31,572 nucleotides of DNA from an uncultured Clostridia bacterium (GTDB lineage: Bacteria; Bacillota; Clostridia; Oscillospirales; Ruminococcaceae). Positions 8,109 to 17,500 of this stretch are shown in pieces (position 1 is the first letter of the stretch; each line of letters starts with the position of its first letter). Location of the stretch: positions 1-31,572 of the forward strand of contig CANRHA010000001.1 in assembly GCA_947630315.1 (NCBI GenBank), written 5' to 3'. Under the pieces are notes generated by a model. It saw nothing but the letters and a program-made list of their open reading frames with translations, made no database searches and had not been told where the DNA came from. The position numbers were made by a program, and so were the translations under genes.

Positions 8109-9919
8109 TGGAATGGGATTTTTGTGGTTATGCTACTAAGAATGACCTTCGATGCGATGATGGTAGAATAATTCGTAAAGATGCCTTTAAACCACAGGAT
8201 GGAACGAAAGTCCCGCTATGCTGGAATCATCAGCATAATAGTCCGCAAGATGTGCTCGGACACGCAGTTCTTGAAAATCGCGATGACGGTGTATACGCTT
8301 ATTGCAAGTTTAATAATACGCCCAGCGGTCAGGATGCAAAAGAGCAGGTTAAGAATGGCGATATAGAGTCACTTAGCATCTGGGCTAATAACTTAGTTCA
8401 TAAGGGACGAGACGTTGTTCACGGTGTTATACGTGAGGTTAGCTTGGTTTTTGCCGGAGCGAATCCAGGGGCATTTATAGAATCTGTAATGGCTCACTCA
8501 GAGCCTATGGATGAAGGCGATGACGAAGGGATATTCTACGCTGGTGAAGGTATAGAGCTCTACCACGCAGCGGAGGAAACCAAAAGCGAAAATAGCAAGA
8601 AGGAGGAATCAGACGTGGCAGACAAAAATGATAGCGGTGAAAAGACCGTTCAGGAAGTAATGGATACCCTGAACGAGGATCAGAAAACAGCAGTTGCAAT
8701 TGTCATAGCGCAGGCAGTAGCGGACGCAACGGACGGAGATGAAGATGAGGAGGGAGAAGAAATGACGCACAGTGCTTTTGAAAAAGGCGCACAGATGAGT
8801 TATGATAACTCATACGCAGCAGCGAAAGAAGCTTTTGCGGATTTGCTTGACACAGCAAAGAAAAATAAGGTTAGTTCATTAAGGGAGCTTGTTCATTCGG
8901 CTTTCGAAGAGGAAGAAGAATTGATGCACGCTCTCGATCTTAAGGGAATGGAGCAACCGACTATAAGAACAAATCAGAATTATGGCTTTAGGGATCCTGA
9001 GATGCTCTTCCCTGATTACAAAGCAACAAGTACAACACCCGAGTGGATCTCAAGGGATATGGCTTGGGTTACGAGAGTTCTTGGCGGTGTTAAGCACGTT
9101 CCGTTTACAAGAATTAAGTCACTTTATGCTAACATTACAGAAGATGAGGCGAGGGCTAGGGGATACATTCGCGGCAAACAGAAGAAGGAAGAGTTCTTCA
9201 AAGTTATCAAGAGGACAACAGATCCTCAGACGATTTACAAACTTCAGAAGCTGGATCGTGACGACATAATCGATATTACAGACTTCGACGTTGTAATGTG
9301 GATTAAGGGTGAGATGCGTGTAATGCTTAATGAGGAAATTGCAAGAGCGATTCTTCTTGGTGACGGCAGGACAGACGAGGACGAGAGTAAGATCAAAGAA
9401 GATCATATCAGGCCTGTAGTAAAGGACGTTCCTTTATTCAATGTTATAGTTCCTGTTACAGTTGCGGCAGACGCAGATGCTATGGATATTTCCAAGGCGT
9501 TCATCCGCGCGGTTATTAAGTCACGTAAGGACTACAAGGGCTCAGGCAATCCCACACTTTGGACAAACGATGACGTTCTTAGTGACGCGCTTCTTCTTGA
9601 GGATGCTATTGATCATCGTCTCTACAAGACAGAAGCAGAGTTGGCAACAGCATTAAGAGTTAAGGATATCGTTACTGTTGAACCTATGGAGGGTTATCAG
9701 ATCGAGGACGATAAGAAAACTAAGAGAGATCTTCTTGGCGTTGTATGGAATCCTGTTGACTATACAGTTGGTACAAACAAGGGCGGTCAGATAACGACAT
9801 TCGATGACTTCGATATCGACTTCAACCAGTATAAGTATTTGATTGAGACGAGGATGTCAGGTGCTCTAACTAAGCCGTTCTCAGCAATGACATATTACCT
9901 GGTGAAATCGGGGGAATAA
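8108..9919 (+). CDS. Prohead protease-scaffold-major capsid protein fusion (HK97-like)
   Basis: N-terminal HK97-type protease (VPLCWNHQH, SLSIWA, IREVSLVFAGANPGA), acidic scaffold-like middle, capsid domain (LNEEIARAILLGDG, FDDFDIDFNQYKYLIETRMSGAL). Confidence 0.9.
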   Translation: MEWDFCGYATKNDLRCDDGRIIRKDAFKPQDGTKVPLCWNHQHNSPQDVLGHAVLENRDDGVYAYCKFNNTPSGQDAKEQVKNGDIESLSIWANNLVHKGRDVVHGVIREVSLVFAGANPGAFIESVMAHSEPMDEGDDEGIFYAGEGIELYHAAEETKSENSKKEESDVADKNDSGEKTVQEVMDTLNEDQKTAVAIVIAQAVADATDGDEDEEGEEMTHSAFEKGAQMSYDNSYAAAKEAFADLLDTAKKNKVSSLRELVHSAFEEEEELMHALDLKGMEQPTIRTNQNYGFRDPEMLFPDYKATSTTPEWISRDMAWVTRVLGGVKHVPFTRIKSLYANITEDEARARGYIRGKQKKEEFFKVIKRTTDPQTIYKLQKLDRDDIIDITDFDVVMWIKGEMRVMLNEEIARAILLGDGRTDEDESKIKEDHIRPVVKDVPLFNVIVPVTVAADADAMDISKAFIRAVIKSRKDYKGSGNPTLWTNDDVLSDALLLEDAIDHRLYKTEAELATALRVKDIVTVEPMEGYQIEDDKKTKRDLLGVVWNPVDYTVGTNKGGQITTFDDFDIDFNQYKYLIETRMSGALTKPFSAMTYYLVKSGE

Positions 9920-9972
9920 GGCCCCTGGCTATATCGCCTAAAGTAGCTGGGGGAAGTAGTACTTTCTTAGGC
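9910..9972 (+). promoter_or_regulatory. Predicted -1 programmed ribosomal frameshift signal: G GGG GAA plus H-type pseudoknot
   Basis: Heptamer 9910-9916 directly before the TAA; stem 9922-9931/9944-9953 (10 bp, two G-U); loop 9936-9941 GCCTAA complementary to 9967-9972 TTAGGC. Confidence 0.75.
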
Positions 9973-10305
9973 AAATCAGTATCAGAGTTACAGGATGATG
10001 TTAAGATAAAAGACAAGAAGGTGACCGGTACTCTTAATTACGTTGAGAACTTCGACAAGTTTGATAAGGGCGCAGAAGGCAACTTCTTAGCTCTTACATT
10101 TGACGTTGCGGACGACGAAACACTTACATTTACATCCGCGACAGACGGTGTACCTGTTGAGATTACAGATGACTACTTAATCTATAAGGTTCCTTCAGGG
10201 AAACCGGAGATGAAGTTCAAACTTGAAAGAGAAGGACAGTCTACTGAATTAACTCTTAACATATCTGAACTCGTGCTTACACCAAAAAGTGGGATAAAAG
10301 GCTGA
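9913..10305 (+). CDS. Frameshift-accessed C-terminal extension of the capsid protein (~130 aa, Ig-like); the track annotates only 10021-10305
   Basis: Frame open from 9874; no good SD before GTG 10021; similar to the major tail protein C-terminus (TFLGKSVSELQDDVKI/VTGTLNYVENF/GNFLAL vs TFLKKAASDLQENIKI/VTGTLKKVDNF/GHYLAI). Confidence 0.75.
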   Translation, partial: GIRPLAISPKVAGGSSTFLGKSVSELQDDVKIKDKKVTGTLNYVENFDKFDKGAEGNFLALTFDVADDETLTFTSATDGVPVEITDDYLIYKVPSGKPEMKFKLEREGQSTELTLNISELVLTPKSGIKG

Positions 10306-10339
10306 TACTTACAAAATTCATAATGGGGAGGTGATTTTG

Positions 10340-10675
10340 ATGAAGTTTGCTGGTAAGGTTGGTTTTTGGATTGATGACGTTGAAAATGCTCCTAGTGTCT
10401 ACGAGCCAAAGATTATTGAAAAGCCCTATGTAGGCGATGTAACCCGTAACTATAGACGCAATCAGCAGGACAGCGGACAACAAAACAAGAATCTAACACT
10501 TAACAACCAAATTGATATTTTGGCTGACGCATATCTTCAACAAAATTACCAAACCGTTAGATACATTGTTTGGAACGGTGTTAAATGGGAAGTCACATCA
10601 GTCGAGGTCAACTATCCTAAAATAAGATTAGAAATCGGAGGTGCATACAGTGGAATCACAGCCGACGAAGAGTGA
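10340..10675 (+). CDS. Head closure / head-tail stopper protein
   Basis: GGGGAGG SD, ATG 10340; MKFAGKVGF...LNNQIDILADAY...RYIVWNGVKWEVTSVEVNYPKIRLEIGGAY; position after capsid. Confidence 0.7.
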   Translation: MKFAGKVGFWIDDVENAPSVYEPKIIEKPYVGDVTRNYRRNQQDSGQQNKNLTLNNQIDILADAYLQQNYQTVRYIVWNGVKWEVTSVEVNYPKIRLEIGGAYSGITADEE

Positions 10676-10994
10676 ACGACTTCTATTAGATGAAGTTCTT
10701 CGTGATATTTTGGGAGAGCACAGAGACAACTGCTACTTCTCACCACCTGACAAAATGAAGTTGAAGTACCCTTGCATTGTTTACAGATTGTCTAGCATAA
10801 ATTCAATAAATGCTGACAATATTAAGTACAAAACATTAGAGGGATACGACGTAACTGTTATGGACCATAACCCAGATAGTGAGCTTTACAAAAAAGTCTT
10901 CAATTTGCCTTATTCGGCATTTAACAGAAACTTTACAAGTGGCGGTTTAAATAACTGGGTTTTTAAAGTTTATTATGGCAGAAAACAAGATTAA
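10650..10994 (+). CDS. Tail terminator / tail completion protein
   Basis: GGAGG at 10637-10641, GTG 10650; YFSPPDKMKLKYPCIVY motif; directly before the major tail gene. Confidence 0.7.
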   Translation: MESQPTKSERLLLDEVLRDILGEHRDNCYFSPPDKMKLKYPCIVYRLSSINSINADNIKYKTLEGYDVTVMDHNPDSELYKKVFNLPYSAFNRNFTSGGLNNWVFKVYYGRKQD

Positions 10995-11009
10995 AAGGAG
11001 GAAACAATT

Positions 11010-12092
11010 ATGGCTAGATTAGAGTGGGATAAAATTGGCGAGCACTTTATGGAGCTCGGTACTGACCACGGCGTTCTTTATGTTCAAGACCCTGACAAAG
11101 ACCCTATAAAGGACGATATGAAATACCATTACGGCAAAGGCGTTGTATGGAACGGCTTAACCTCAGTTACACTTTCACCTGAGGGAGCTGAACCGTCAGA
11201 CATCTATGCCGACAATATTAAGTATGCAACGATTCGTTCAGCTGAGACGTTTGGCGCTACGATTGAGGCATACACATTCCCTGACGAATTCTATGAGTGC
11301 GATGGATCAGTAGTTGTAGCAAAAGGTATCGTACTTCACGGTCAGAAGAGAAATCAGTTTGGCTTCTCTTACCGTTCGAGAGTTATAAACGACACAAATC
11401 CTGATTCAGATGATACATATAAGCTTCATCTGATTTACGGTGCAACAGCATCACCGTCAGAGCAGACAACGGAAACTATTAATGACTCTCCCGATCCTGG
11501 TACATTTAGCTGGGAGATAGCTACAACACCTATAGCAGTAAAGGGATTCAAGCCTGTAGCTCATATCGAGATTCTTTCAAGGAACTATCCTGCCGCTGTT
11601 ATGCAGAAGATTGAAGACATTCTTTATGGTTCTGAGACAACAGATCCCAGAATGCCTCTTCCCGACGAGCTTATTGAGATCCTTAGCTTACCAGAAGGCA
11701 TACTGGCTACACAGATAAGTGCTCCTAAGCCAACAGAGACATTCTTAAAAAAGGCTGCTTCTGATCTTCAGGAAAACATCAAAATCAACGAGAAAAGTTT
11801 GACAGATGTTGCAGTAACAGGCACTCTTAAGAAAGTAGATAACTTTACAGAGTTTGGCGATGTTGATAATGGATCTGGACACTACCTTGCAATAAATGTG
11901 GACGTTCCAGAAGGCGCAGAAGCTGATTTAATTGGTGTTAAATATACCGAGCCCAAGAAGATTACTGACGGCTACGTATTGTTTAAAGTTACAGACAAGA
12001 GCAAGCCGTTTACAATTCGCGTAACAGATGACGAGACGGTTATTGACAAGGTTTATGACTTAACTGGTCTTGAGCTGAAAGACGGAGACTGA
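11010..12092 (+). CDS. Major tail (tube) protein with in-frame C-terminal Ig-like domain (~11706-12089)
   Basis: GTDHGVLY, GVVWNGLTSVTLSPEGAE, YADNIKY, IEAYTFPDEF, ETINDSP motifs of siphovirus tube proteins; SD AAGGAGG. Confidence 0.9.
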   Translation: MARLEWDKIGEHFMELGTDHGVLYVQDPDKDPIKDDMKYHYGKGVVWNGLTSVTLSPEGAEPSDIYADNIKYATIRSAETFGATIEAYTFPDEFYECDGSVVVAKGIVLHGQKRNQFGFSYRSRVINDTNPDSDDTYKLHLIYGATASPSEQTTETINDSPDPGTFSWEIATTPIAVKGFKPVAHIEILSRNYPAAVMQKIEDILYGSETTDPRMPLPDELIEILSLPEGILATQISAPKPTETFLKKAASDLQENIKINEKSLTDVAVTGTLKKVDNFTEFGDVDNGSGHYLAINVDVPEGAEADLIGVKYTEPKKITDGYVLFKVTDKSKPFTIRVTDDETVIDKVYDLTGLELKDGD

Positions 12093-12125
12093 TCAAAAAA
12101 TATATTTTAGGAGGTAAAAAGCCAT

Positions 12126-12608
12126 ATGATTAAGCAAATAGTAGAATACAAAGATTACAATGGGGAACAGAGGAAGGAAGAATTATATTTTGACCTTTCA
12201 GAAGCCGAAGTTGTAGAAATGCAGTTCTCTGAAAAAGGGGGTATTGTTTCTTATCTTAGAAAGATTCTTATCGAAAAAGATGAAGGAAACATACTTAAAT
12301 ATTTTAAAGATCTCATCGTTACGGCTTATGGCGAGAAGACTCCGGATGGAAAATATTTCGTAAAAGACGAAGAGACGAAAAAGCATCTCATTTATTCTCC
12401 GGCGTATTCTCAGTTATTTATGAAATTCGCCAGAGATCCAAAAGCAGGATTCGAATTCATCAAAGGTGTCATTCCTGAGCAGTACAGAGCTCAACTTAAC
12501 AATGACGCCATAGATGACAACAAAGTGTTTGATCCGATATCTATGGAATACATAGATAAGAGCTCTGGGGATGGTGCTAATGCTAAGATTGAAGATACCA
12601 AGAAATGA
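12126..12608 (+). CDS. Tail assembly chaperone
   Basis: Position after the tube gene; EYKDYNGEQRKEELYFDL, AYGEKTPDGKYFVK, SPAYSQLFMKF. Confidence 0.75.
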   Translation: MIKQIVEYKDYNGEQRKEELYFDLSEAEVVEMQFSEKGGIVSYLRKILIEKDEGNILKYFKDLIVTAYGEKTPDGKYFVKDEETKKHLIYSPAYSQLFMKFARDPKAGFEFIKGVIPEQYRAQLNNDAIDDNKVFDPISMEYIDKSSGDGANAKIEDTKK

Positions 12609-13125
12609 GTTTTGGGATCCAGAGACTAGGCAATTTATTTACACTCCAGAAACGGAGCTTATACTTGAACACTCGCTGGTTTCATTGACGAAATGGGAAC
12701 AAAAATACCACAAACCGTTCTTGACCAGCGAGAAATCTATTGATGAGACTCTGGACTACATAAGGTGTATGATGCTTAACGAAGACGAAAATTTCGATTC
12801 AAATGCATTGAAAAACCTTACTCCAGAGGACATTAATAAGATACACGATTATATGAACGATCCAATGACAGCAACCACGATAAAAGAGAAAAAGAAAGGC
12901 AGAATAGATAGGACTATAGTTACTTCGGAGATTATCTACTATTGGATGACAGCTCTTCAAATACCACTTGACTTTGAAAATCGTCATCTTAATACCCTAC
13001 TAACTCTTATTCGTGTATGTAGTATAAAGAACTCGCCACCAGAAAAGATGAGTAAAAAAGATATTTATGAGCGAAATCGTGCTGTTAACGAAGCTCGTAA
13101 AGCCAAAATGCACACAAAGGGGTGA
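12580..13125 (+). CDS. Second tail assembly chaperone-like protein
   Basis: LILEHSLVSLTKWEQKYHKPFL, TSEIIYYWMTALQIP, HLNTLLTLIRVC; start at 12571 or 12580. Confidence 0.65.
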   Translation: MLRLKIPRNEFWDPETRQFIYTPETELILEHSLVSLTKWEQKYHKPFLTSEKSIDETLDYIRCMMLNEDENFDSNALKNLTPEDINKIHDYMNDPMTATTIKEKKKGRIDRTIVTSEIIYYWMTALQIPLDFENRHLNTLLTLIRVCSIKNSPPEKMSKKDIYERNRAVNEARKAKMHTKG

Positions 13126-13132
13126 CAATTAT

Positions 13133-14149
13133 ATGAAAGGTATAGATATATCTTACCATCAGGGTAATGTTAACTTTGCAGAGGTAGCTAAGGACGGTAT
13201 TGAATTTGTAATACTCAGAGACGGATATGGTTCGCATACAGATAAGAAGTTCTTCGAGTATGCAACGCAGGCAAAAGCAATTGGACTGCCGATACTTGGT
13301 ATATACCACTTCTCGTATGCTCTCAATGCAGTAGGCGCTAAGAAAGAAGCACTTTATGCGGTATCTTGCGCTAAGCAGGCATCGCTTCCGTCGTCGACTG
13401 TCATCTTCTATGATTATGAGTATGATACCGTTAACAACGCGAAGAAGAACGGCGTTAACCTGACAAAAGCAGACTTTAATGAGTTTGCTAAGACGTTCTG
13501 CGAGACCGTTAGAGAAGAAGGCTACGTTCCAGGCATCTATGTTAATAAAGACTATTACAAGAACTATGCAGATGACGATCTCAAGAGCAGAGGTTATGTA
13601 ATGTGGCTTGCTGACTACAGTGGCAAACCTGACTATCCTTGCGACTTACAACAGCAAACAGGAAGCAGCGGAAAGGTGAACGGCATAGCTGGAAACGTTG
13701 ATACAGATGAGCTCTTTACAGTTGATCTACTCAATAATCAAAATCAGCCCGTAAATACGCCAACAACTTCGGCTCCATCTGCAACAAAGACTGTTGATGA
13801 ACTCGCACAGGAAGTAATCGACGGTAAATGGGGCGTTGCTCCAGAGAGACAGAAGAAGATCGAGGCTGCTGGTTACAACTATTCAGAGATTCAGAGCCGA
13901 GTAAACAGTATGCTCAAGGAAGAAGACCATAAGACTGCTCGCTACGAGGCAACAGGAAATGTATGGATTCGCAGCGGCGCAGGAACCAACAAAACTAGGC
14001 TTGCAGTCGTTGAGAAGGGTATGGTCGTTCTCGCAGACGAGTCTAAGTCCATCAATAAAAATGGAACAATCTGGATGTATATTTCCGTTACAATAAACGG
14101 CAAGCAGTTAAACGGATATTCTTCAAAGAAGTACTACAAGAAGCTGTAG
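13133..14149 (+). CDS. Endolysin: GH25 muramidase + CW_7 (Cpl-7) repeat + SH3b-like domain
   Basis: ATG 13133 after AAGGGGTG; GIDISYHQG, FYDYEY, VNGIAGNVDTD (GH25); TVDELAQEVIDGKWG...GYNYSEIQSRVN (CW_7); NVWIRSGAGT (SH3b). Confidence 0.92.
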   Translation: MKGIDISYHQGNVNFAEVAKDGIEFVILRDGYGSHTDKKFFEYATQAKAIGLPILGIYHFSYALNAVGAKKEALYAVSCAKQASLPSSTVIFYDYEYDTVNNAKKNGVNLTKADFNEFAKTFCETVREEGYVPGIYVNKDYYKNYADDDLKSRGYVMWLADYSGKPDYPCDLQQQTGSSGKVNGIAGNVDTDELFTVDLLNNQNQPVNTPTTSAPSATKTVDELAQEVIDGKWGVAPERQKKIEAAGYNYSEIQSRVNSMLKEEDHKTARYEATGNVWIRSGAGTNKTRLAVVEKGMVVLADESKSINKNGTIWMYISVTINGKQLNGYSSKKYYKKL

Positions 14150-14170
14150 TGCGGTGAAGGAGTAGCGGAT

Positions 14171-14548
14171 ATGAAAGTAAAATTTAAAAGCAGAGGAGAC
14201 TGGACAAAGACAAAAGAGTTTCTTAAGATGGATCCATCAAAGAAATTTAGAAGCATAATCGAAAGATATGCACAGCTTGGCGTTCAAGCTCTTACTGCCG
14301 CTACTCCTGTTGATACCGGAAAGACAGCTGATTCTTGGGGGTACGAAATAGAGTATGGCGATGGAAAAACTACTATATGGTGGACAAACTCCAATGTAAA
14401 TGATGGTTTCTCCATTGCTATACTTATACAATATGGACACGGTTTGGCCGACGGAACTTATGTTGAGGGGAGAGATTACATAAATCCGGCCATTAAGCCA
14501 ATTTTCGATGGCATTGCCAAAGACATCTGGAAGGAGGTTTTTAGATGA
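14171..14548 (+). CDS. HK97 gp10-like tail component
   Basis: ALTAATPVDTGKTADSW, IAILIQYGHG, GRDYINPAI motifs. Confidence 0.75.
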   Translation: MKVKFKSRGDWTKTKEFLKMDPSKKFRSIIERYAQLGVQALTAATPVDTGKTADSWGYEIEYGDGKTTIWWTNSNVNDGFSIAILIQYGHGLADGTYVEGRDYINPAIKPIFDGIAKDIWKEVFR

Positions 14549-17500
14549 GCGAAGTTGTTGATAGAAGAGTCGTCTCTATGGAGATGAACAACGAACAGTT
14601 TAAAAGAGAAGCAGAAGCAACAATAAAAGAGCTCGAAAAATTGGAGAAAAGTGTAGACACCAAGGGAATGGAGAAAAACTTATCTTCACTTGAGAAAGTC
14701 ACATCTTCAATAAGCCTCGATGGATTGGCAAAAGCTGTCGATAAGATTAATTATCGTTTCTCGGCTTTAGGAACCGTGACCGATCAGATTTTTCGTAACA
14801 TAACAAATTCTGCAATATTAGCAGGAAAGAGAATGATCAAAGCTTTGTCTACAGACCCTCTTATGGATGGGTTATCAGAATACGAGACAGAGATAAACGC
14901 TGTTAAGGTAATAATGGCAAACCTTCCAGGAGTAACACAAGAAGAAGTGAATGATACACTTGCGGAACTGAATGAATACGCAGACTTAACTGTTTATAAT
15001 TTTGGTCAGATGACAGATGCAATAGGTAAGTTCACAGCAGCTGGTGTAGATTTAAAAACATCAACGGCAACAATAAAAGGTTTGGCGAACGTTGCAGCTG
15101 GTGCAGGTGTAAGTAACACACGATTAGCGGGAGCATACATACAGGTTTCCCAAGCTCTTCAAGCAGGAGTATTCAAACTACAAGATTGGAACTCTATGCA
15201 ACAGGCTGGTCTTGCTAACGAGGAATTTAGAAATAGGTTACAAGATACAGCAATAGAGATGGGCATACTTACAGGCAGGGTCGATAACTTCAGAGATTCA
15301 TTGAAAGACGGTTGGCTAACAACAGAGGTATTTACGAAAACTCTTGAAAAAGCAGCAAGCACAGACAACGAATGGGGTAAAAGACTTACGGCAGCAGCAA
15401 CCGAGGTAACCACTCTGACTCAGTTAATCGGTGTGCTTAAGGAAGCTTTAGGAACTGCTTGGGCCACTAGCATAAAGTATGTCATAGGTGACTTCACAGA
15501 GGCAAAGGCTTTGTTTACTGGTATAAGTGACATACTTTCAGGTATTATTAGCGGCTCTGCTGAAGCCAGGAACATAGCGCTAAAAGAGTGGCACGATATG
15601 GGCGGTCGTGAGGAGTTACTTAAATCGTTAGCTAACTTATTCGCGGCCATATACTCTATCATATACCCAATAAAGAAAGCTTTTAACGACACATTTCAGT
15701 CCATAACAGGAACTGGTTTGCTCGGACTAACTCGTTCGTTTTCAGCATTTACTAAAAGTCTAATACAGAATGAAGATGTAATGAACGGAATCTACAGCAT
15801 AGCTAAGGTACTCGCAACCGCATTGAAAGCAGTCTTTACAGTAATCAAAATGGGACTAGGAGTATTGGGAACGGTTCTAAAAGTAGCAGGAAGTCTCCTT
15901 CAAGCTCTTGTGATTATAGTAGGAAACCTCGCAGCTTTGGTAATACCTTTAACGCAAGCAATAAAACAATCGAAGATATTTCAGAGATTAATGGCGGCAT
16001 TCAACAAAATAGGAAACAGAGTTGTTAATACTCTTACTAACATAGTGTCTGCTATAGCTGGCTTTGTAGCATATGTATTACAACTTCCAATTCTTGGGGA
16101 TATTTTCAATTTGCTGTACAGCCTGATTTACAAGGTAGCCGATGCAATAGTTACAATAGTGGAAGCTATCGCGGATTTCGATATTCATAACATTGGCGGA
16201 TGGTTTAATGATCTTGTAAATAAACTGTCTCAGATATTTAGCTTTTCTAAGGAGTTCAAGACTCTTGAGAATATTATAAAAGGGTTCGGAACCGTTGTTA
16301 GTGGGGTAATAGGAGGAATTATAGGACTTTTAGGAACTCTAATTTCAACGATATTTAACGTTGGAAGCGAGTTCAAAACTTCGTTTTCATTTTTTGATAT
16401 AGGAAATTCAATTGGTGGTGCTTTCGTTTCCGCTATAAGCTTTATCATACAGAGCTTCAGAAATTTAGGAGCTGGGATAAAGAGTGCGTTTTCTTCTGAT
16501 AAAACGGGACAGATACAATGGGTTATTGACAAAATTATAGGTCTCAAAGATACGATCGTCGACGTCGTAAAGTCGATAGTTAATACAATAAAGAAGATAA
16601 ATTGGAATAAGTTATTTGCTTTTACGATTTCTATGGGATTGGTTATATCATTGTATCAATTGTCTAGTGGTCTGAGATCAATCGGAGAAGGTATTGAGAG
16701 TTTATCTGACGCAGCAAAAATATTGTCAAAGGCACTTAAAAAGAAGTTTTCAAGAACTCAGAGCACCATACGAAGTATAGCTATTCTTATCGGAACTTTG
16801 ACAGCTTCAATAAAAGTGTTATCGACAATACCGGCTGAAGACTTGAAGAAAGCTACTATTAGTTTAGCAACGATAATGGGAATATTCCTAGTATTTGAAG
16901 CGATACTGGTAGTAATGGAACTGATAGTCAAAAAATTAAAGCTGGGCGTTAGAATGCAGATGGCAACAAAAAGTATAGCTGCTATAGGAATAGCTGTTGC
17001 TGCTATGGCTGCTTCTTTGTATATACTCAAAGATGTTCCTGCTGGTTGGGATTTAGTTGGAAAGATGACTGCTCTTCTGACTTTGATGGTCGTGTTTGGA
17101 GGAGTTATAACGGTTGCATCTCGGTTCGGAGGAAATAAACTTACGAATTTCTTATCAATACTTGCTATGGCTTTTGCCATCGACAAGATTGTGGATGTGT
17201 TTGCAAAATTTGCTGATGTTCCATTAGATGACATAAAAGACAACATTAAAAATTTCATAGGACTTATGGCTGGTCTTGCTGTATTATTCCTTGGCATAGG
17301 TCAGATAAAAATAAGAGGCGTAGTTGGTTTAATAGCTATGGCTTATAGCATAGATGCAATAATAGAAGCATTGGAAGCATTTGGCAAAGCTGATTTATCA
17401 GGACTTAGAAAACAGTTATTGCTTCTTTCTCCGTTACTAATAGCTTTGGGTGCTTTCTGTTTAGCTGCTCTCAGTATTACCAAAAACGTAAAATTTGGTG

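Noticed and set aside
12556-12608. Lambda G/GT-type frameshift between the two tail chaperone genes
   Set aside because: The second ORF is in the +1 frame, I found no X XXY YYZ heptamer in the overlap, and it has its own plausible ATG (12571/12580).
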